The translations under genes and the position numbers were made by a program. Source: Armatimonadota bacterium (GTDB lineage: Bacteria; Armatimonadota; HRBIN16). From it: a stretch of 64,000 bases of DNA. Of this stretch, positions 1-8,994 are shown one piece after another. The DNA is taken from positions 3,520,001 through 3,584,000 of the forward strand of contig OY781964.1 of the NCBI GenBank assembly GCA_963677485.1, in the 5' to 3' direction. The notes under the pieces were generated by a model that was given only the letters and a program-made list of their open reading frames with translations, was not told the origin of the DNA and ran no database searches. Every line of letters starts with the position of its first letter. Position 1 is the first letter of the stretch.

Positions 1-93
1 AATGATCCGATGGCCGATCTTGATGGTGATGGAAGTGTCAACCTGTTCGACTATGTCATCATCGATCAAGGTTTTGGAGCGTTAAGTGAATAA
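1..93 (+). CDS. 3' end of an upstream RCC1-repeat/dockerin-like paralog (partial)
   Basis: Frame 1 reads NDPMADLDGDGSVNLFDYVIIDQGFGALSE*, matching the C-terminal tail of the downstream paralogs. Confidence 0.85.
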   Translation, partial: NDPMADLDGDGSVNLFDYVIIDQGFGALSE

Positions 94-124
94 CAACATG
101 TTTACACACAGAGGAGACATCCAC

Positions 125-2236
125 GTGAAATGGACACACAGCCGTATGGCAGCATGGGTATGGTCAGCACTAGTCATTGTAATGACGTGCAGCATATGTC
201 ACGCACAGAGCGGAACGGTAGAGGCATGGGGTCAACGCCGTGTTCTTCCTGGTAATATTCCTGGGCTTACGGCGGTGCTTGCTGGCAAGAGCCATACGGT
301 CGGGTTGAAAAGCGATGGATCGATAGTGGCTTGGGGAGATAACACATACGGGCAGTGTGATTTCTCTAACTCGACGGAATCTTTCGTGTCGATCGGGGCA
401 GGGGTGTCGCAAACATATGGGGTGACTCAAGCCGGCACCATCGTTTGTTGGGGCGACAACCATGACCTGTTGTGCAACGTGCCTTCGCCAAACAATGACT
501 TTACCAAAGTGGTATCCACTGTGGGTTTTGCAGCCGGCCTAAAGCGAAATGGTTCAGTGATATGCTGGTCAATTATGGGGGCCAATGTCAGCGAACCTAA
601 CAGCGGTTTCATAGACATCATAGCAGGCGACAAATCTATATTTGGCCTAAAGAGCGATGGGTCAGTCGCCATGTTAAGCACACCAATGAATAGCTGGGAT
701 CTGCCAAATCCGAATACGGACTTCATTGCGATCGCAGCAGGTGACAGGCACCGAGTAGGCCTAAAAAGAGACGGCTCGATCGTTTGCTGGGGCGATGTAT
801 GGGGCTACAGTGACAAAGGACAGATGATCGTACCGGAACCCAATACGGACTTCGTGGCCGTGGCTGCCGGTGGCGACTACACTGTAGGGCTTAAGCGTGA
901 TGGTTCCATAGTCTGCTGGGGTGACACCACCTACAATCGGTGCAAAGTGCCCTTACCGAATCATGATTTTGTATCGATATCCTCAATGGGTGGACATTCG
1001 GTCGCCCTCAAGAAGGATGGAACTGTGGCTTGGTGGGGGACCGAATGTAATGTCCCAGTCGTTAACGAGGGTATTAAAGCCATAGCCACAGGCTACGATC
1101 ATGTCGTGATGCTGAAGCAGGACGGTACGGTGGAGTGTATAAGTGCTTTCCCCGATAACATGCCGGCCGTTCCGCTACCTAACAAGAATTTTACCGACGT
1201 CATCGCCGCTAGAAGCTATGCGGCTGGATTGAAATCAGATGGCTCTATCGTCACTTGGGGGAATTTTAGTGCTGCTAGCTCAGTGTCGGGTACCGGCTAT
1301 ACAGCGATCGTAGGCGGAGGGCAACATATCGCCGCGCTAAAGAGCACCGGCGTTGTGAGGAGTTGGGGCGACAACTGGTTAAAACAGACCGAAATTCCAT
1401 CGCCTAATAGTGGTTTCACAGCGATTGCTGCAGGGGAAAATTTCACCCTGGGGTTGAAAACTGATGGTTCGGTGGTTGGCTGGGGTGATAACCTTGCGGA
1501 TCAGTGCACCGTGCCTCAACCTAACCAGGATTTCATGGCCATCGCCGCCGGATATAACCATTCTGCCGGCTTGAAGCGAGACGGATCGATTGTTTGCTGG
1601 GGTGGAAATACCTTTGGTCAGTGCAACATACCAAGCCCTAACCAGGATTTCGTGGCCGTATATGCCAGTGGTGATAACACTGTCGGAATGAAGCGTGATG
1701 GATCTGCCGTTTGCTGGGGTTATGATGTGAATGGTCAAACCCGCGTGCCTGAACCTAACAACGGGTTTATATCTGTCACACCAAGCAAAGGTGCGATTTA
1801 CGCCATCCGCGCGATGCACCCTGTCTCTGGCCAGGTTGTACTTGGAGATTACCTGGGCGATGTATTAAACCGACCACTCATTGCCACAGTGAGCAGCAGC
1901 GTCAATCCTGTACACAGCCAGAAATTCAGCATGTTGCCACAATTGAATGGTGCATATACTCTGTCAAGCTACCTGCTTCCACCATATGACATCTATATAT
2001 CGAGCCCGCATTTTCTTACGGCCAAAGCGGCTAATACGGCCCCGGGGACAGGAGTGAATTTCACGCTCGTGAACGGCGATGCTAACGGTGATGGTCAGAT
2101 CAATCTGTTTGACTATGTGGAACTTGATACCCACTTCGGCGGAAATGATCCGATGGCCGATCTCGACGGCGATGGGGCAGTCAACCTGTTCGACTACGTG
2201 GTCATAGACCAGAACTTCGGAGCAGTCGGAAACTAG
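125..2236 (+). CDS. Secreted RCC1/BLIP-II-repeat beta-propeller protein with C-terminal dockerin-like domain (paralog 1)
   Basis: ~40-aa repeats of type AGxxHxxGLKxDGSxVCWGxNxxGQCxVPxPN; signal peptide ending CHA-Q; tail NGDANGDGQINLFD...DLDGDGAVNLFD. Start moved from 86 to GTG 125 behind GAGGAG (111-116). Confidence 0.9.
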   Translation: MKWTHSRMAAWVWSALVIVMTCSICHAQSGTVEAWGQRRVLPGNIPGLTAVLAGKSHTVGLKSDGSIVAWGDNTYGQCDFSNSTESFVSIGAGVSQTYGVTQAGTIVCWGDNHDLLCNVPSPNNDFTKVVSTVGFAAGLKRNGSVICWSIMGANVSEPNSGFIDIIAGDKSIFGLKSDGSVAMLSTPMNSWDLPNPNTDFIAIAAGDRHRVGLKRDGSIVCWGDVWGYSDKGQMIVPEPNTDFVAVAAGGDYTVGLKRDGSIVCWGDTTYNRCKVPLPNHDFVSISSMGGHSVALKKDGTVAWWGTECNVPVVNEGIKAIATGYDHVVMLKQDGTVECISAFPDNMPAVPLPNKNFTDVIAARSYAAGLKSDGSIVTWGNFSAASSVSGTGYTAIVGGGQHIAALKSTGVVRSWGDNWLKQTEIPSPNSGFTAIAAGENFTLGLKTDGSVVGWGDNLADQCTVPQPNQDFMAIAAGYNHSAGLKRDGSIVCWGGNTFGQCNIPSPNQDFVAVYASGDNTVGMKRDGSAVCWGYDVNGQTRVPEPNNGFISVTPSKGAIYAIRAMHPVSGQVVLGDYLGDVLNRPLIATVSSSVNPVHSQKFSMLPQLNGAYTLSSYLLPPYDIYISSPHFLTAKAANTAPGTGVNFTLVNGDANGDGQINLFDYVELDTHFGGNDPMADLDGDGAVNLFDYVVIDQNFGAVGN

Positions 2237-2323
2237 ATCGAAGCAAATAACCGTTCTGAGATGCCGAAAGACAGGTTATCACGATAACTGGCATCTGAAC
2301 CACCAAACTCGGAGGCCGAAATA

Positions 2324-4471
2324 ATGAAACCAGCAGTTCTACAGCTTAGGAACCAGATCGTCTGTGTGATGTCATTCCTCATGCTTGTGCTTGCCTGTGC
2401 CGCTAGTCATGCCCAGGGCGGAACCCTGGAGGCCTGGGGCAATACACGGATACTACCCGGTGAACAGAATGGGTATGTATCGATATCGGTGGGTGGAGTG
2501 ATCGCAGGGCTGAAACGTGACGGCACTATAGATTGCTGGGGTGCGATATATGATTCTATGCTCCATGTGCCTGAACCGAATGCTGACTTCGTGGCGGTAT
2601 CGGCCGGTCGACAGCAAGTGATCGGCCTGAAAAAGGATGGGTCTGTGGTCATATGGGGGGTGAATGACAAAGGCCAGTGCTCAATTCTAGTGCCGAACAA
2701 CCGATTTGTAGCCGTTCAAGCTGACTTGTGGCACTATAATCTACCGTATGTGGCCGGTGTTAAGGACGATGGGGCGGTGGTCTACTTTGGATATACAGTA
2801 GCGCCCAACCAAGCATTGCATGGGGTTGCATCGCTATCATCTAGTTCGAGCTTCTTCTACCCGCCCTATTCGATCGCCCTTAAAATCGACGGTTCACTTG
2901 ACTACGATGGGTATAGAGAAACGCTTCATGCAACCATACCCCTGCCCAATGAGAACTACGTTGCCGTATCCTGCGGAGCCAGACATGCTGCCGCGCTGAA
3001 AAAGGATGGTTCTATAGTCTGTTGGGGTTACGAAGACAGTGGTCTGTGTGATGTTCCGCTGCCGAACACTGATTTTGTTTCAGTGGTCGCAGGCGAAAAC
3101 TACACCGTAGGATTAAAGCGTGATGGTTCTGTAGTCTGCTGGGGAGATAATGGCTATAACCAGTGTACTCCCCCAGAGCCCAATGAAGGGTTTGTCAGTA
3201 TCCACACGCTTGGGTTCGGCACCGTAGGTATTAAACGCGATGGGTCGTGTGTATACTGGGGGAAGCCTAGTCTCTATTTCATCCCGACAGGAAATAGTGG
3301 ATTCACCAAGATAGCGTGCAACATTAACCGCTTGGTGGGGCTTAAAGATGACGGCAGCATCACATGTTGGGGAGATAATGGGCATCCCGAATTAGGCTTG
3401 AACATCGTTCCAGAACCGAATACGGACTTCGTCGACATCTCCGCCGGCTACCAGCATTCCGTAGGGGTGAAGCGCGATGGGTCTGTGGTCTGTTGGGGCA
3501 GCAATGATTATGGACAATGCACGGTACCGCAGCCGAATACTGACTTTGTCTGCGTTCGTGCCACAGTAAACAGCAATAATGGTCTCAAGAAGGACGGCAC
3601 CATAGTCACTTGGGGGCAAGCCGATCCGGTTCCAGCGCCTAATCGAGACTTCACAGCCATCGCCGTCGGTTACAATCACTTCGTCGGATTGAAGAGTGAT
3701 CATAGTGTCGTTTGTTGGGGGAACAACACCGGCATGCAATGCAATGTGCCAACGCCCAACAGCCATTTTGTCGCCATCGCCGCCGGTCAATATCACACTG
3801 TTGGCTTGAAGGATGACGGCACTGTGGTCTGCTGGGGAGCACGCTCCGACGGGCAATGCACAGTTCCCGAGCCCAACCAAGATTTCGTGGCAATAGCAGC
3901 AAGCGACCAAAACAGTGTGGGCCTTAAACGAGACGGTTCGATAGTCGTCTGGGGATCGGACGCCTCCAAGCAATGTACCGTTCCAGAGCCAAACAGCGGT
4001 TTTCAGAACATCGCAGCGGGCTACCATACTGTTTATGGGATCCGAAGCCAACAGTCATTAGCGGGCCGTATTCTGTTGTCTGGATTAGCTGCTGGTGCCC
4101 CGGTTCGTCCAGTGACCGCCATCATCAACAGCACGTCCAATCCCAGCATCACTCAGTGTCAAGATATCAATCCACTATCGGATGGCACATATTCAGTCTT
4201 CAGTTATCTGAAACCACCGTACCAAATAACACTGTCGAGCCCCCATTTTCTCTCAACGAAAGTGACAGGGGTCGCGCCTGGCACGACCCAAAACTTCACG
4301 CTCGTCAACGGTGATGCGAACGGCGACGGTCAGATCAACCTGTTTGACTACGTGGTGCTGGACACACACTTCAACAGCAGCGATCCGATGGCGGACCTCG
4401 ACGGGGACGGGCAGGTGAACCTGTTCGACTATGTGGTCATCGACCAGAACTTCGGAGCGGTAGGCGAGTAA
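2324..4471 (+). CDS. Secreted RCC1/BLIP-II-repeat protein with dockerin-like tail (paralog 2)
   Basis: Same architecture; GGAGG upstream; signal peptide ending SHA-Q. Confidence 0.9.
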   Translation: MKPAVLQLRNQIVCVMSFLMLVLACAASHAQGGTLEAWGNTRILPGEQNGYVSISVGGVIAGLKRDGTIDCWGAIYDSMLHVPEPNADFVAVSAGRQQVIGLKKDGSVVIWGVNDKGQCSILVPNNRFVAVQADLWHYNLPYVAGVKDDGAVVYFGYTVAPNQALHGVASLSSSSSFFYPPYSIALKIDGSLDYDGYRETLHATIPLPNENYVAVSCGARHAAALKKDGSIVCWGYEDSGLCDVPLPNTDFVSVVAGENYTVGLKRDGSVVCWGDNGYNQCTPPEPNEGFVSIHTLGFGTVGIKRDGSCVYWGKPSLYFIPTGNSGFTKIACNINRLVGLKDDGSITCWGDNGHPELGLNIVPEPNTDFVDISAGYQHSVGVKRDGSVVCWGSNDYGQCTVPQPNTDFVCVRATVNSNNGLKKDGTIVTWGQADPVPAPNRDFTAIAVGYNHFVGLKSDHSVVCWGNNTGMQCNVPTPNSHFVAIAAGQYHTVGLKDDGTVVCWGARSDGQCTVPEPNQDFVAIAASDQNSVGLKRDGSIVVWGSDASKQCTVPEPNSGFQNIAAGYHTVYGIRSQQSLAGRILLSGLAAGAPVRPVTAIINSTSNPSITQCQDINPLSDGTYSVFSYLKPPYQITLSSPHFLSTKVTGVAPGTTQNFTLVNGDANGDGQINLFDYVVLDTHFNSSDPMADLDGDGQVNLFDYVVIDQNFGAVGE

Positions 4472-4481
4472 CAGCAAGTTT

Positions 4482-4504
4482 GTGGCAGCCGTGATGGCTG
4501 CCAC
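4482..4504 (+). promoter_or_regulatory. Intergenic GC-rich hairpin without U-tract (mRNA stability/processing?)
   Basis: GTGGCAGCCG-TGA-TGGCTGCCAC; homologous covarying hairpin at 8926-8944. Confidence 0.5.
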
Positions 4505-4552
4505 TCCGATCAAGCTTGGGTACGATCCGATAGGGTATGAGGAGATCATTCA

Positions 4553-6697
4553 GTGAGTAATCGCAAACGGACACTCGTTTATTTTGTAGTGTGTATCATG
4601 GCATTCCTGGCGAATGTTACAGCGAATTCAGATGCTTTGGTGCCGAAAGGTACCGTCGAAGTATGGGGTTTTTGGAAGCAGTTACCTGGAGAGATGACGG
4701 GCTTTACTCAGGTATCTGCAGGTGGAAACCACTCCGCTGGCTTGAAACGCGACGGGTCCATCGTCTGTTGGGGTGGTAACGCCTACTTTATGAGTACAGT
4801 GCCTGCGCCAAACAGGGATTTTGTGGCGGTGTCAGCAGGGAGGAACCACACAGTCGGCTTGAAACGCGACGGTAGTGTGGTTTGCTGGGGAGATAATTAT
4901 GAAAAGCAGTGTAATGTGCCAGCACCAAATGCCGACTTTACGGCCATTGCGGCAGGGAATGAATTCACTCTTGGTTTAAAACGCGATGGTTCCATTGTGA
5001 GTTGGGGCTGGAGAGTGGGTGACCTTCCTGTGCCGCTGCCAAATTCGGATTTCGTGGCGATCAGCGCTAAAGCAGATCATGTGGCAGCACTAAGGCGTGA
5101 TGGCACGATCGTATGCTGGGGAACAAACCTCTACGGACAGTGTGATGTGCCGGGTGAGAACGCGGAATTTGTAGCTGTAGCTGTGGGCACCAATGTAACA
5201 GTAGGTCAGAAACGTGATGGTTCTATTGTTGTATGGGGTGATTGCTCACCGGGTTGGGCAAGCCCACCGGAACCGAATCAAGATATCTCGACGATCGCGG
5301 CAGGCTACAACGGACTGGGAGCGGTAAAACGTGATGGTTCCGTTATCTGCTGGGCACTATATCCCGTCATCCTGCCAGTACCAAACAAGGATTTTGTTTC
5401 AGTGCAGATAGGTACTGGGAACTTCGTTGGATTGAAACGCGACGGCACGGTGGTGTGCTGGGGGCCTAATGGCAATGGGCTGCCTACGCCGGATTTTCAT
5501 AATGACGATTTTGTTGATCTTGCTGGTCGTGGATCTTTCTGGCTCGGACTCAGGAGTAATGGCACACTGACTAAAGTGGGGTGGGGCGACGCTATCGATA
5601 AAGTACCGTTAGTGCCTGATCCTAATACAGGATTTGTAGATGTCGTGATGGGTAAGGACGGGGTATTTCTGGGGTTGAAGAAAGATAGCACGATTGCATC
5701 ATGGTATTTGGACCATGTTGGACTCTCACCCATGCCTGTTCCTGAGCCTAATAGCGACTATACAGCAATTGCGGCTGGAAATGTCGTACGGGCAGGCTTA
5801 AAAAAGGACGGCTCAATTGTGTGCTGGGGTGACAATACCTATGGGCAGTGTACTGTCCCATCTCCCAATCAAGACTTCATTGGAGTAGCAGTCGGATATC
5901 GTCATACAGTCGGTTTGAAAAAAGATGGAAAGATAATCTGCTGGGGCAGTGCTGATGATAACGCCCTATCGGTGCCATCACCAAACGCGAATTTCGTCTC
6001 AGTCTATGCGAGTGATACCCACTCGGCTGGTCTGAGGAGTGATGGAACTGTTGCATGCTGGGGCAATAATACAGCGGGCCAGCTTATTGTTCCGGTTCCT
6101 AATGCCGACTTTACCAGTGTCGCGTTGGGTTCGTATACTTCGATTGCATTACGTAAAGACGGAACAGTTGCATGCTGGGGTAACAATGACGGTGGCGCCC
6201 TGAACATTCCTGAACCTAATGGTGGGTTCATCGCTGTTGCCGCAGGTGAAAGCACCGTGGCCGCAATACGTAAAACTCAGTTGATATCGGGTACCATGCA
6301 GCTCAGTAATTTCCTTGGTACTACTGCCAATCACCAATTTTCCACTACTGTGACTAGCCTTGCGACCCCCGGAGTCACACAGTATCCAGTCATGCTGCCT
6401 GGTGATGGTGGTATATATGCGATATCCACCTACCTGCCACCGCCGTATAACGTCCGTGTCGCGAGCCCTCATTTCCTTGCGGCTAAGGCATCCGGTGTGG
6501 CCGCAGGTCAAGCAACCAACTTCCAACTCACTAACGGTGATGCGAACGGCGATGGCCAGATCAACTTGTTTGACTATGTAGTGCTGGACACCCACTTCAA
6601 CAGCAGCGACCCAATGGCCGATCTGGATGGGGACGGCAGCGTCAACCTGTTCGACTATGTGGTTATCGACCAGAGCTTTGGTGCTGTAGGTGAATAA
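4553..6697 (+). CDS. Secreted RCC1/BLIP-II-repeat protein with dockerin-like tail (paralog 3)
   Basis: Same architecture; GTG start behind TGAGGAGATCATTC. Confidence 0.9.
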   Translation: MSNRKRTLVYFVVCIMAFLANVTANSDALVPKGTVEVWGFWKQLPGEMTGFTQVSAGGNHSAGLKRDGSIVCWGGNAYFMSTVPAPNRDFVAVSAGRNHTVGLKRDGSVVCWGDNYEKQCNVPAPNADFTAIAAGNEFTLGLKRDGSIVSWGWRVGDLPVPLPNSDFVAISAKADHVAALRRDGTIVCWGTNLYGQCDVPGENAEFVAVAVGTNVTVGQKRDGSIVVWGDCSPGWASPPEPNQDISTIAAGYNGLGAVKRDGSVICWALYPVILPVPNKDFVSVQIGTGNFVGLKRDGTVVCWGPNGNGLPTPDFHNDDFVDLAGRGSFWLGLRSNGTLTKVGWGDAIDKVPLVPDPNTGFVDVVMGKDGVFLGLKKDSTIASWYLDHVGLSPMPVPEPNSDYTAIAAGNVVRAGLKKDGSIVCWGDNTYGQCTVPSPNQDFIGVAVGYRHTVGLKKDGKIICWGSADDNALSVPSPNANFVSVYASDTHSAGLRSDGTVACWGNNTAGQLIVPVPNADFTSVALGSYTSIALRKDGTVACWGNNDGGALNIPEPNGGFIAVAAGESTVAAIRKTQLISGTMQLSNFLGTTANHQFSTTVTSLATPGVTQYPVMLPGDGGIYAISTYLPPPYNVRVASPHFLAAKASGVAAGQATNFQLTNGDANGDGQINLFDYVVLDTHFNSSDPMADLDGDGSVNLFDYVVIDQSFGAVGE

Positions 6698-6773
6698 TCA
6701 TAGCAACTCTATAATCGCAGCAATATCCGGAACCTCGACCGAGCACAGAACGCAGATCCTTGGAGGCAAATTC

Positions 6774-8912
6774 GTGAACCTAGCGGTAAAGAGACTCTTA
6801 CATCAACCTGCATGGCTGATATCTATCGTGATGATATGCATCTGCTGTGCTGCCGTCTTGGCACAGGGCGGAACAATCGAAACCTGGGGGCGGCAAGCGA
6901 TTGTCCCAGGTGAACTAACAGGGTTTACTGACATTTCGGCTGGTCGATATCACACCGCTGGCCTGAAGTTTGACGGTTCTGTGGCCTGCTGGGGATATAA
7001 CTATTACGGGCAGTGTAATATACCTGCCCATAACCAGCACTTTGCCGAGGTTGCAGCGGGAACAAGCCACACTGTAGGGCTGAAAGATGATGGCTCAGTC
7101 ATCTGCTGGGGTGACAACTACTACGGTCAGTGCAACGTGCCGTTGCCTAACCAAAACTTCATCGCGGTCGCCGCGGGGGAACGCCACTCGATTGGTCTGA
7201 AGAAGGATGGTTCCGTAGTCTGCTGGGGTGACAACACATACACCCAATGCACAGCACCATCGGCTAACAGTGACTTCGTATCGATCGCAGCCGGTTGGTA
7301 CCACTCCGTCGGGCTCAAACGAGATGGATCTATAGTATGTTGGGGTGACAACAACCTCGGGCAGGGCACGGTACCTGCGGATAATAGTGGCTTTATCGCC
7401 ATATCCGCAGGAAATGCGTTGACGGTTGGGTTGAAGAGCGATGGGTCGGTGGTTTGCTGGGGACGAAATAACCTCCAGCAGTGCGTGGTACCTGCACCGA
7501 ATTCGGGATTTGCCAGCATCGCCGCCGGTGCCTTCCACGTGGTTGGGTTGAAGGTGGATGGCACAACGGTATCCTGGGGCGACATGGTGCCTACTCTGAC
7601 CATTGGAGATAATCGCAACTATGCGGCGATATCGGCTGGTGGTGATCATTCGGTCGGGCTGAAACGTGATGGTTCTGTGGTCTGCAAAGGGTGGAACACC
7701 TATGGTGAGTGCAGCGTCCCCAGCCCCAACCAGGGGTTTGTCTCCGTCACCGCAGGTCAGAATCACTCGATCGCCATCCGTAAAGATGGATCCGCGGTCA
7801 GTTGGGGACTAAACACCGACAGGCAGTGTTATGTTCCAGAACCGAACCTGGGATACATCTGTGTATCGGCTGGAACATCACATTCCGCGGCCGTGCGGCG
7901 TGATGGAACGGCTGTGGCATGGGGCAACAATAGCTCCCGACAGTGTGATATCTCTACACCTGGTGTGACATTCAAAGCGATTGCTGCTGGCGATCTGTTC
8001 ACCGTTGGCATCAAGACCGATGGCACCGCTGTCAGTTGGGGTTATAGCGGTGACGATCGAACCTACATGAATAATGTCACAAATGCGAATTTCAAAACGG
8101 TGGCCGCTGGTAATCTTCATAATGTGGCTCTCAGGAACAACAAGACCATAGCTTGCTGGGGCAGTAATGTAAAAGGACAGCTCGATATCCCTGGCACCAA
8201 CCAAGACTTCATAGCGGTAGCCGCTGGAGCTTACCACTCCATGGCTTTGAAGTCTAGTGGTTCAGTTTCTTGTTGGGGCAGCAACACATACGGGCAGTGT
8301 GTGGTTCCCATACCCAACACCGGCTTCATAGCAATCGCCGCCGGCTCTGACCATAGTGTTGGATTGAAAGCGGACGGCACGATAGTGTGCTGGGGAAACA
8401 ACGCTTATGGACAGTGCAATGTGCCGAGTCCGAACAGGGGCTTTATTGCGATCGGCGCGGGTGGAAACTACACACACGGTATCCGCAGCATGGGCCGATT
8501 AACAGGCCATGTCCAACTGAATGACTTCAAGGGTAATGTGTTTACCCAGCAAGTGTATGCCATGGTGAACAGCAAAGCCGATCCTGGAACTACACAGTGC
8601 CTTGGCTTACTGCCGCAAACCGATGGCAGCTTCGGACTGTTTACGACACTCTTACCTCCATATGATATCCGTGTAGTCAGTCCCCACTTCCTCGCTGCGA
8701 AGAGCACCGGTGTTGATTCTACGAGCAGCCTCAACTTCGCTCTAGTCAACGGAGATGCCGACGGCGATAACCAGGTCAACCTGTTCGACATAGTGGTGCT
8801 GGATCAGCATTTCGGCAGCAATGACCCGATGTCCGATCTGGACGGCGACGGGCAAGTGAACCTGTTCGACTACGTGGTCATTGACCAGAACTTCGGCGCG
8901 CAAGGCGAGTAG
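6774..8912 (+). CDS. Secreted RCC1/BLIP-II-repeat protein with dockerin-like tail (paralog 4)
   Basis: Same architecture; start moved from 6690 to GTG 6774 behind GGAGG, giving a normal signal peptide (..AVLA-Q). Confidence 0.9.
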   Translation: MNLAVKRLLHQPAWLISIVMICICCAAVLAQGGTIETWGRQAIVPGELTGFTDISAGRYHTAGLKFDGSVACWGYNYYGQCNIPAHNQHFAEVAAGTSHTVGLKDDGSVICWGDNYYGQCNVPLPNQNFIAVAAGERHSIGLKKDGSVVCWGDNTYTQCTAPSANSDFVSIAAGWYHSVGLKRDGSIVCWGDNNLGQGTVPADNSGFIAISAGNALTVGLKSDGSVVCWGRNNLQQCVVPAPNSGFASIAAGAFHVVGLKVDGTTVSWGDMVPTLTIGDNRNYAAISAGGDHSVGLKRDGSVVCKGWNTYGECSVPSPNQGFVSVTAGQNHSIAIRKDGSAVSWGLNTDRQCYVPEPNLGYICVSAGTSHSAAVRRDGTAVAWGNNSSRQCDISTPGVTFKAIAAGDLFTVGIKTDGTAVSWGYSGDDRTYMNNVTNANFKTVAAGNLHNVALRNNKTIACWGSNVKGQLDIPGTNQDFIAVAAGAYHSMALKSSGSVSCWGSNTYGQCVVPIPNTGFIAIAAGSDHSVGLKADGTIVCWGNNAYGQCNVPSPNRGFIAIGAGGNYTHGIRSMGRLTGHVQLNDFKGNVFTQQVYAMVNSKADPGTTQCLGLLPQTDGSFGLFTTLLPPYDIRVVSPHFLAAKSTGVDSTSSLNFALVNGDADGDNQVNLFDIVVLDQHFGSNDPMSDLDGDGQVNLFDYVVIDQNFGAQGE

Positions 8913-8925
8913 ATGCCGATTGTGT

Positions 8926-8944
8926 GGCGGCCGTGACGGCCGCC
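8926..8944 (+). promoter_or_regulatory. Intergenic GC-rich hairpin, homolog of 4482-4504
   Basis: GGCGGCCG-TGA-CGGCCGCC. Confidence 0.5.
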
Positions 8945-8994
8945 CCGCAGTTTGAACACGATAGTGGACCTATGAAGTGTGAGGAGATCATTCG

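Noticed and set aside
86-6773. Overlapping starts at 86 and 6690 implying translational coupling
   Set aside because: Better RBS-backed GTG starts at 125 and 6774 give normal signal peptides
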